The notes under the pieces were generated by a model. The model was not told the origin of the DNA, made no database searches, and saw only the letters and a program-made list of their open reading frames with translations. A program made the position numbers and the translations under genes. Shown here piece after piece: positions 24,851 through 31,530 of a DNA stretch of 31,530 nucleotides. Each line of letters starts with the position of its first letter. The first letter of the stretch is position 1. Origin of the DNA: a virus (lineage: Duplodnaviria > Caudoviricetes). The stretch is taken from positions 1 through 31,530 of IMG/VR virus record IMGVR_UViG_3300023281_001028. The stretch is one strand, 5' to 3'.

Positions 24851-26797
24851 TCAGCCTCCCATCTGTGCCATCTCGTTCCCAAGGGACCCACCGGGGAACC
24901 CTTGACCCATGGGCCCACCCATCTGCTGGGGACCGCCCATCTGCTGGGGACCGCCCATCTGTTGCATGTTCCCCGGGCTCACCGGGTTCTGCCCACCAGG
25001 CATGCTCGACTGGCCCGGCGTCTGACCCACAGCCTCGAAGTCGATCAGGTTGCCCAGGTCGGGGATGTTCAGCGCATCCCCCATCTTGTTCAGCAGCTCC
25101 TGCCAGCGGACGTGGGGCATCATCGGCACCATCTGCGCCACCTGCGAGATCAGTTGGAACACCTCCATCGACCGCTGCTGCTGCAGAGCCTGGGTCGTCC
25201 GCTCCGTGCTCATCGGCTCGATCTCGAGCGCAAGCTCCGAGAAGTCCACCCGGTCCTCCCCGCCCTTGAAGGTGAGCTTGTCCCCCTTCTTCATGATCTG
25301 GCCCATCTGCATGCCGACCTGGATCTGATCCTCGGGAACCCCGCTGGCCCTGGCATCCTCCTCGGTCGCCACCCCCAGCTCAGTCGCGGCCTCGGGGCCC
25401 AGGAGCACCCGCATCTTCGGGTCCTTCCAGAACAGGTAGAGCTTCTTCGAGAGATCTCGGCGCACGAATGACAGCCACCTCGAGCGGATGTAGTCCACCC
25501 CGATGTCCGCGTTCTGCTCCGCAAGGATCGACTCAGACGCCGTCTTGCTCCCCGTGGCCATGCCCCGCTGCAGGTCGGTCAGCCCCGAGATCCTGTCCAG
25601 CCGCTCTAGGGCCACACCCAGGTAGGCGATGTTCTGATCCGTGATCCCGCCAATTTCTACCTGCGACACAGCGTCCTTGTTCAGCCCCTCCAGGGGAATC
25701 ACGAGGTCGTGCTCCGCGTCCCGCACCTTCTCGTGGAACTCCGGGTCCGTGTTGTCCACCAGGATCAGGCGCTTGTACCGCGCCGCGGCATCCGAAGAAC
25801 CTCGAGCGTGCCTGTTCAGGTCCCTGCTCTGCCCCTCGGTGGCCACCAGGATGGACAGCCCGTACGGGTCGTCGGGCACGTAGAAGCTCTCGCAGCACGC
25901 ATACGGCCCATCGGGGTGGCCGAAGAAGGGCTTCGGGTCCTTGACGTACGCTGCCCCCGCAGAGCCAGAGCCATCTTCGCCGTGACTCACACCCATGGTC
26001 AGGATGGTCCCGTGGAACCCCTCCTTCGCGCCCGGGTGATCCGAGCCCTCGTAGTCCCGCACCCAGATCTCGTAGATGAGCACCTCTTTACGATCGGGCA
26101 CCTCGGCCTGGTTCTCCCCGTGCTTGCGATACTCGTCCATGCCCGCATTCACCGACAGCCCCTTGACCGCGTCCAGGACCCAGCCCTCGCGCTCCTCCTC
26201 GGGGAGCTTCATGTCGTCCTCGGCGCTCTCAATCAGATCATTGTGATCCATAGCGTACCGGTGCCCCTCATACCTGGCACCGAGCTGGCCGTCCTGCGAG
26301 GCAGGGTCGCGGAAGTAGTTCCAGGGACTGAGCCTGGTGACCACACATCGCTTGGCCGGCTGGGGCTCCTCACCCTCCTCAGCCTCGAGCATCAAGGTCG
26401 GGTGATCCTCCCGCGTGGTCAGCGTGATCGCAGGGCCGAACAGCATGTCAGTCGCAGGCTTGATCAGGAACTCCCCGTACTCGCTGTCCAGCACCCAGGT
26501 GTTGATGGCGTACTGAAGCTCCGTGACCGCGTCATCCGTCCCGTACACCCTCGAGTTCAGCCTGATCCGCGGGGAGTTGAACGCCACATTGGGGACGTAG
26601 AACTTCACCATCGTGAAGGCGTGGTTCTCGGGTGCGTAGTCCAGGCGCTCTTCGTCCTGCTCGCCGCTCGCGCTCTTGAAGAACGGGGAGACATACCCGC
26701 GCCTCAGCACCTCCATAGACGACAGGCGATCACCCATTGCCGTTTCAGCGGCAGTGATCTCCTTCCACATGTTCTCTTCGGTGATGTCGAAGCTCAT
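24851..26797 (-). CDS. Portal protein (648 aa)
   Basis: Follows TerL with ATGA overlap; RLSPWNYFRDP, IYEIW, RISGLTDLQRG, KTASE; M/Q/G/P-rich tail. Confidence 0.9.
   Translation of the reverse strand: MSFDITEENMWKEITAAETAMGDRLSSMEVLRRGYVSPFFKSASGEQDEERLDYAPENHAFTMVKFYVPNVAFNSPRIRLNSRVYGTDDAVTELQYAINTWVLDSEYGEFLIKPATDMLFGPAITLTTREDHPTLMLEAEEGEEPQPAKRCVVTRLSPWNYFRDPASQDGQLGARYEGHRYAMDHNDLIESAEDDMKLPEEEREGWVLDAVKGLSVNAGMDEYRKHGENQAEVPDRKEVLIYEIWVRDYEGSDHPGAKEGFHGTILTMGVSHGEDGSGSAGAAYVKDPKPFFGHPDGPYACCESFYVPDDPYGLSILVATEGQSRDLNRHARGSSDAAARYKRLILVDNTDPEFHEKVRDAEHDLVIPLEGLNKDAVSQVEIGGITDQNIAYLGVALERLDRISGLTDLQRGMATGSKTASESILAEQNADIGVDYIRSRWLSFVRRDLSKKLYLFWKDPKMRVLLGPEAATELGVATEEDARASGVPEDQIQVGMQMGQIMKKGDKLTFKGGEDRVDFSELALEIEPMSTERTTQALQQQRSMEVFQLISQVAQMVPMMPHVRWQELLNKMGDALNIPDLGNLIDFEAVGQTPGQSSMPGGQNPVSPGNMQQMGGPQQMGGPQQMGGPMGQGFPGGSLGNEMAQMGG
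24918..24961. repeat. 18-bp tandem repeat (about 2.4 copies) encoding QQMGGP in the portal tail
   Basis: cccatctgctggggaccg x2 plus cccatctg. Confidence 0.9.
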
Positions 26798-28353
26798 CGT
26801 TTTTTCCGCTTCCTATGCTTCCAACTGGAGAACTGCGCTCCAGGTGTCCCCTCGGGGAACTTCTTCGGGAACTCGTCGCCAGGTGCCTGCTTGCGCCACG
26901 CCCACATGCAGATCTGGCGCACACAGTCAGACCCGTGGTCATGCACCTTCCTCGGCTGCTCCTTGTCCTCCTTGTCGTCGTCCACCGGCTTGTAGACATA
27001 CGACCCGAACTCGTCCGTGGTGTGGTGAGGCTTGCGCGAGTCGCCACCGGCATTCTCACCAATGCCCGTGAGTTGAGAGTCGGGTGCATGGGCCAGAGCA
27101 TTCTCCAGGAAGAAGATGGTGGACTCGTCATCCATGCGATCCCGGACATGGTCGATGCCTGCATCCACCGCGTTATCAGCGCCAATTGCAATGCGCGCCA
27201 GCGGCCTGCCAGACGGTACGCCCAGGCGATCATTGAACGACTCGATGAAGTCCGGCCTCGAGGGGTCGCACACGATCGGGTGGCACTCGAACTTCTTGTA
27301 GTTCGCCACCGCCACCTCCGCCCACCAGTCGATCTTCTTCCCCGTCATGTAGTGCTCCTGCACCATGAACAACCGCCCCCGGTCGTCCATCCCCCAGATC
27401 TGCTGCACACCAGGGTTCACGAACCCCCAGTCCTGGGACGCCATGAACCGGCGCATCCGGATCTCCTCCGGCTTGCCCTCCTCAGCCTTCATCCCCTTCG
27501 TGACCACCAGCCACCAACCGCCGTCCCGCTGCTCGAGGTAGCCCCGGATGTCGTGCTTGACAGGCTGGTACTCCGGCCAGATCAGGCCCTCGGCACCGCA
27601 CCACTCCCCCCCGTACATCCTCCGCAGCCGGTGACCCGTGTAGGAGGTCCTCACAGCCTCCTTGTAGGCCCTCCCGCCCTCCGTGCCCGTGATCCAGGGG
27701 TTGTCGTCGTAGTAGCTCTGCATGCGCTTCAGACGCCCGTCAGCGACTCTCCGCAGCAGGTAATGATTCGGGGGCCCAGGGTTGCAGTCCAGGATGAACG
27801 GGTGCGCCGGCAGGACCCTGTTCCGCAGGGACCGCCTCACGCTCTCATACTCCTCGAGGGTCAGTTCCGTGCCCTCGTTGCAGAAGGCGGCGTCATACTC
27901 CGCAGACCGCAGCCGGGTCGGGTTCTCCATCGAGGCCAGGATGATCTTCGACCCGTTCGAGTACTCGATCTCGTCCAGGGCCGAGCCCCACTTGCGGTTC
28001 ATCAGGTAGCCGTACTCCCGGTGCAGGTGCGCCCGCACCTCGTCGATGGCCCACTGCGGGGGATCCTCCCCGTACTCCGTCAGCAGGTAGATCCGCGGGT
28101 CCGTCAGCAGGTCCCGGTAGGTCTTCAGGAAGGAGTTGTTCAGGCTCACCCGCGTCTTCCGAAACACCAGCCACCGCGCCATGGGATACTCCATGCACGT
28201 GGTGTGGATCAGGTAGGTGATCGGCATCGTCTTCGCCACACCCACGGGACCGTCCAGCATAATTTCGAGGTGGTCCTGCCACTCCTCGAAGAGACGCTGT
28301 GCGGCCCCCCGGACTTGGAAGACCATCTGGGGCTGTACGGCCTGCTGGGTCAT
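26794..28353 (-). CDS. terL: Terminase large subunit
   Basis: Walker A-like DGPVGVAKT, YSNGSKI, Walker B-like AAFCNEGTE, LDCNP, DNPW, nuclease SQDWG, CDPS, HDHGSD. Confidence 0.95.
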   Translation of the reverse strand: MTQQAVQPQMVFQVRGAAQRLFEEWQDHLEIMLDGPVGVAKTMPITYLIHTTCMEYPMARWLVFRKTRVSLNNSFLKTYRDLLTDPRIYLLTEYGEDPPQWAIDEVRAHLHREYGYLMNRKWGSALDEIEYSNGSKIILASMENPTRLRSAEYDAAFCNEGTELTLEEYESVRRSLRNRVLPAHPFILDCNPGPPNHYLLRRVADGRLKRMQSYYDDNPWITGTEGGRAYKEAVRTSYTGHRLRRMYGGEWCGAEGLIWPEYQPVKHDIRGYLEQRDGGWWLVVTKGMKAEEGKPEEIRMRRFMASQDWGFVNPGVQQIWGMDDRGRLFMVQEHYMTGKKIDWWAEVAVANYKKFECHPIVCDPSRPDFIESFNDRLGVPSGRPLARIAIGADNAVDAGIDHVRDRMDDESTIFFLENALAHAPDSQLTGIGENAGGDSRKPHHTTDEFGSYVYKPVDDDKEDKEQPRKVHDHGSDCVRQICMWAWRKQAPGDEFPKKFPEGTPGAQFSSWKHRKRKKR

Positions 28354-28721
28354 ACGGACATCAACTCCGTGGTCTGCACGTCCACGACGATCCAGTTGTC
28401 ATCATCCTCGGACACACCGTCGATCTCGATCTCCCACCGGTAGTGCCCGCCACCCTGGATCAGGTCGGTCCCCGGGGCCACCCACAGGAAGTTGTAGCTC
28501 CCCACGAGGTTCCACCCCGCGGTAGGGTTCGTGTCGTCCATGACCGTGCCCACCGTCAAGGGCGTGGTGCTCAATGCCGTGTGGGGCGTGTCCGACCGGA
28601 GGTCGAAGAGCTTGGCCGTAGCTGTGGACACCTCTGCCGCGAGAAGGTTCGAGCCGTCCCCCTTCGTGAGGTGAGCCCTGATGTGGATGGGCTTGGTCTC
28701 TCTGAGCTTGATGGTCGCCAT
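28350..28721 (-). CDS. Beta-rich hypothetical virion protein (123 aa)
   Basis: TAATG and ATGA coupling; YNFLW...GHYRWEIEI Ig-like pattern. Confidence 0.7.
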   Translation of the reverse strand: MATIKLRETKPIHIRAHLTKGDGSNLLAAEVSTATAKLFDLRSDTPHTALSTTPLTVGTVMDDTNPTAGWNLVGSYNFLWVAPGTDLIQGGGHYRWEIEIDGVSEDDDNWIVVDVQTTELMSV

Positions 28722-28870
28722 TATGTCGCCTCGGTTGTTTCGCCAGTCGTCGTTGCCTGCACGGTCACCTCACCCGTCGTCGCCTGCACGACCGCACCCG
28801 AGGTCGTCGCCTGAGCTGCACCCGCCTGGATGATCTTGCCCTTACCCACGAACACGAATACGCCAGCCAT
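28721..28870 (-). CDS. 49-aa protein with 9-aa QATT repeats, absent from the ORF track
   Basis: MAGVFVFVGKGKIIQAGAAQATTSGAVVQATTGEVTVQATTTGETTEAT*; TGATG and TAATG overlaps at both ends. Confidence 0.75.
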   Translation of the reverse strand: MAGVFVFVGKGKIIQAGAAQATTSGAVVQATTGEVTVQATTTGETTEAT

Positions 28871-29547
28871 CAGGACACCACCATTGCCCGGTTACGGGTC
28901 GGGCCACCCGCAGCCTCCGCCCAGGCCGCGAGGACGTGAACATTATCTGCCGCGTTCCCGCCCAGGATTAGGGCGTAATCATAGGTGTAGGTTCCAGACG
29001 CTACCGCATAGTCCGACGAGCACCAACCAGCGACGGACTCGAACGCGCCATCGTTGAAGTTGTCGTGCCCGCTATTGCCCTGGCCTGGCCTCGAGGACCG
29101 CAGCGCCCCGCTGATGACAAAGTTGTTCGTCGAGAGGGTCGTGATCTCGTGATTGAGGTCCGTGCCGCTGGCGTTCAGAAAGTCTGTCGCCTCCGGGCCG
29201 CCCGTGGCCGCATCGTTGATGACCACGCAGAAAATCCATCGGCCCTTCCCCGCGTTCCCAGCGGTGGTCTGGATTGTCTTCGACCCCGTGCCCATCGCAT
29301 CGGAGATGTCGTAGTAGTAGAGAGAGCCTCGGACGCCCTGGTTGCTTGAGGACTCTTGGGATACGACGGCTGCGCCACAGTCGTTGCCGTCAAACTCGAC
29401 CGTTGTGACTGGGTCAGTCTCCGACTGGTTCGAGCCAATCCATATACACGCAACGCGGCTGGTGCCCGCCGCCAGCGTTACGTTGATCGACGGGTTGTTC
29501 ACTTCGCCGAAGAAGTTGAAGCCGGCTACGTTGGTGGTAATAGCCAT
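28870..29547 (-). CDS. Beta-rich virion accessory protein (225 aa), paralog of 30863-31504
   Basis: S/T/G/A-rich; GTSRVACIWIG, YYY...GTGSKTI, ITTLSTNNFVI match the 213-aa gene. Confidence 0.75.
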   Translation of the reverse strand: MAITTNVAGFNFFGEVNNPSINVTLAAGTSRVACIWIGSNQSETDPVTTVEFDGNDCGAAVVSQESSSNQGVRGSLYYYDISDAMGTGSKTIQTTAGNAGKGRWIFCVVINDAATGGPEATDFLNASGTDLNHEITTLSTNNFVISGALRSSRPGQGNSGHDNFNDGAFESVAGWCSSDYAVASGTYTYDYALILGGNAADNVHVLAAWAEAAGGPTRNRAMVVS

Positions 29548-29550
29548 CTG

Positions 29551-29934
29551 CTACGGGGTCCAGGCAAGGATGGCAAGGCGTGCCGTCTCGGCTGCGGTCC
29601 AGTCTGACGCGAGGACGGCCACGGCGAGGTCGGTCCCGTAGCCCCAGAGGGTCTTCCTGCTCGCCTGGGATGCCGTGCGGTACGCCGCGTCTGAAGCGAA
29701 GAGCATCCCGTCAGGAGAGGACTCCCAGTACTGACACCAGTTCTGTGCGTCCGATAGACCAGCGGCCCGCGACCCGCCGGGGTCATCGTTGATCGTGGCA
29801 TACCAGAAGTCCCCGCTCCACCCACCGATGGTGACCAACAGCCTCTCCGCAGGCCGGTACGGTTGCGCCAGCCGCTTCCGCACGAAGCCGCCGATCTTCA
29901 CGTGAGCCCGCTGGTATCGCCGCAGGTGTCCCAT
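29551..29934 (-). CDS. Hypothetical protein (127 aa) with basic N-terminus
   Basis: TGATG coupling to the upstream gene. Confidence 0.7.
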   Translation of the reverse strand: MGHLRRYQRAHVKIGGFVRKRLAQPYRPAERLLVTIGGWSGDFWYATINDDPGGSRAAGLSDAQNWCQYWESSPDGMLFASDAAYRTASQASRKTLWGYGTDLAVAVLASDWTAAETARLAILAWTP

Positions 29935-30410
29935 CAGCCACCAATCTCCTCGAAGGTCAGCATCCCCGCATGGTTGTTGCTCAAGGTCGCCCCGTAGATG
30001 CGGACACAGATCAGACCCGGCGAGGCAGACTGCGGCGAGATGACATACGCCATCGCTCCCTGGGCCTCCCAGTGAAAGCCCACCTGGTTGTTGAAGGCCC
30101 CCTCGAACAGCGTCTCGTCCAGGGTCCCCAGGCTTGAGTGAAACGCCTTGACCGTCCCCCCGAACGCGGCGTCACCCTTGTCGATGGGCACCGGGGTCTT
30201 GGTCGAGCCGCCACCACCAATGCCGATCGCGGACATCCGGTAGATCCCTATACGGCGCTGCTCGGAGTTGTCGATCCCCTCCTGATTCACCTGCCCCACA
30301 TCCACGCCCAATAGGCGCACAGCCGCATCCGTGGGGGCCTGGACGGTCCACACGTCGATGTCAGTAGCGGCCAGGGTGCCGCCGTGCTTGATCTGGTAGA
30401 TCCTACCCAC
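29934..30410 (-). CDS. Virion accessory protein (158 aa), paralog of 30403-30861
   Basis: GTG at 30410 after GAGGAG; starts GRIY, has GGGSTKTPVP...GDAAFGGTV, ends FEEIGG. Confidence 0.78.
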   Translation of the reverse strand: MGRIYQIKHGGTLAATDIDVWTVQAPTDAAVRLLGVDVGQVNQEGIDNSEQRRIGIYRMSAIGIGGGGSTKTPVPIDKGDAAFGGTVKAFHSSLGTLDETLFEGAFNNQVGFHWEAQGAMAYVISPQSASPGLICVRIYGATLSNNHAGMLTFEEIGG

Positions 30411-30861
30411 CGATCTCCTCAAACGTGATCGAGCCCTGCATCGTGATCGCACCACTCGGAGCTGCGGGGATCTCCACCACCACGCGCCCACTGGGCGAGA
30501 TGACGATGGGGCCTTCGTCGGGACGCCACACCCAACCAGCTTGCGTGTGGAAGCCGTCCTCTACAACCACTGTAGTCGTGGTCGCTTGCGTGGTGTTGTT
30601 CGCCTCCACCGTCCCGCCATACGCAGCGTCGCCCTCTTCGTGCGGCCTGGGCGTTAGCGTGGAGCCGCCAGAGCCCGAGGTCCCTGTAGACCGGCTGATC
30701 TGCACCCGCAGCATCTCTGCGTTCGCATCGCCAGCCTCGCTGCTCTGGATGATCGTGACCTTGTGAATCACCGTGATGGCGTCGGACGGACCGACGATCT
30801 CGAAGAAGTCCTGCACGGCACTCACCGAGACAGAGACGTTTGCCGTGTACATCCGGCCCAT
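30403..30861 (-). CDS. Virion accessory protein (152 aa)
   Basis: ATG at 30861; starts GRMY, has SGGSTLTPRP...GDAAYGGTV, ends FEEIGG. Confidence 0.8.
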   Translation of the reverse strand: MGRMYTANVSVSVSAVQDFFEIVGPSDAITVIHKVTIIQSSEAGDANAEMLRVQISRSTGTSGSGGSTLTPRPHEEGDAAYGGTVEANNTTQATTTTVVVEDGFHTQAGWVWRPDEGPIVISPSGRVVVEIPAAPSGAITMQGSITFEEIGG

Positions 30862-30862
30862 A

Positions 30863-31504
30863 TCAGATCCTTTTCCTGCGGTACTGCTGCCCACGTCGGG
30901 CCGCGAAAGTTGGAATCATTACGTCACCGCCCACCGGGGCAATGGCAACGGCTTGAATGTCGTCCTGGTCGCCACCCGACCAGCTCATCGTGTATGACCC
31001 GGCGGTGCCTGCGACTTCGGACGACCCGAAGCCAGGGTGTGACTCGATGGACACGCTCCACCGCTCGGTCTGACTTGCGCCCACCGACGGGGCGGAGCCC
31101 TCCCCGTCGAAGTAGCCAACGTCAACCAGGAAGCAGTCGTCCACCGTGGTCGTCAGGCTCACGCTCTGCCCCGCTGCGCCGTTCTCGACGTCGACCGGGG
31201 TGGTCTGGTCTGCTCCCGTCACGCTGACAGCGCCACCGGTGTTGAACCCATTGGCACTCATCGTGATCGAGACTTGGTTCGATCCGGTAGCTGGGGCAAT
31301 TAGGTAGAACATCCGCACCGTGCCCTGTTGTGCAGCCACGGCGGTCATGCTCACTGAGTTGTAGGTCGCCGAGTTGATAGTCACGTCGGTCCCCACACCC
31401 ACCACCAACACCCTGTCGCTACCCGTACAGGTGTGGTTGAAGTTCAGCGTGCTGGACTCATTCGAGGTTCCACTGCTCGCTGCGTCAAACGTCGGTGCGG
31501 CCAT
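30863..31504 (-). CDS. Beta-rich virion accessory protein (213 aa) ending QQYRRKRI
   Basis: GGAGG RBS and TGATG overlap; FNHTCTGSDRVLVVGVG, FYLIAPATGSNQV, VTGADQTTP. Confidence 0.8.
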   Translation of the reverse strand: MAAPTFDAASSGTSNESSTLNFNHTCTGSDRVLVVGVGTDVTINSATYNSVSMTAVAAQQGTVRMFYLIAPATGSNQVSITMSANGFNTGGAVSVTGADQTTPVDVENGAAGQSVSLTTTVDDCFLVDVGYFDGEGSAPSVGASQTERWSVSIESHPGFGSSEVAGTAGSYTMSWSGGDQDDIQAVAIAPVGGDVMIPTFAARRGQQYRRKRI

Positions 31505-31530
31505 CAGATACGCCTCCTCCGGTACTGCTG
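31504..31530 (-). CDS. 3' end of an upstream gene (partial), ending QQYRRRRI
   Basis: CAG CAG TAC CGG AGG AGG CGT ATC TGA overlapping the ATG at 31504. Confidence 0.65.
   Translation of the reverse strand, partial: QQYRRRRI

Larger units (their letters stand above)
1..31530. mobile_element. Tailed dsDNA phage genome segment (podovirus-like); no host genes or att site seen
   Basis: TerL-portal-scaffold-MCP-adaptor-nozzle-ejection proteins-lysis order on the minus strand; ERF/SSB early genes on the plus strand; frequent stop/start overlaps. Confidence 0.96.

Noticed and set aside
24918-24961. Tandem repeat as a CRISPR or regulatory array
   Set aside because: No spacers; in-frame QQMGGP low-complexity portal tail
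1-31530. Integrase/att site, diversity-generating retroelement, CRISPR array, intron or intein
   Set aside because: No recombinase or RT motifs, no long near-identical repeat pair, no repeat-spacer array and no intein signature seen by eye

Overview
A GC-rich 31.5-kb fragment of a tailed dsDNA phage with podovirus-like (P22/T7-type ejection module) architecture, read from sequence alone with no database searches. Bases 1-4106 (+) are a tightly coupled early cluster: small ORFs, an ERF annealase, SSB, a structured intergenic element and a minimal C5-DNA-methyltransferase-like gene. It converges on a minus-strand late operon (31530 to 4054): paralogous virion accessory genes, terminase large subunit, portal, FmdB-like protein, scaffold, major capsid, decoration protein, adaptor, an enlarged tail nozzle, two small ejection proteins, a 3039-aa polyvalent ejection protein, a holin candidate and a unimolecular-spanin-like protein. 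The most striking observation is the 3039-aa protein. It splits into five modules (HExxH zincin; glycosylase-like; ADP-ribosyltransferase-like; GNAT-like; LPD38) separated at all four junctions by the same tetrapeptide FAGE. It also contains an overprinted 58-aa +1-frame ORF with its own Shine-Dalgarno site, ending just before the ART module. Together these suggest an injected, self-processing effector polyprotein with a nested partner gene (inference). Family names are from motif recognition and need HMM or structure confirmation.
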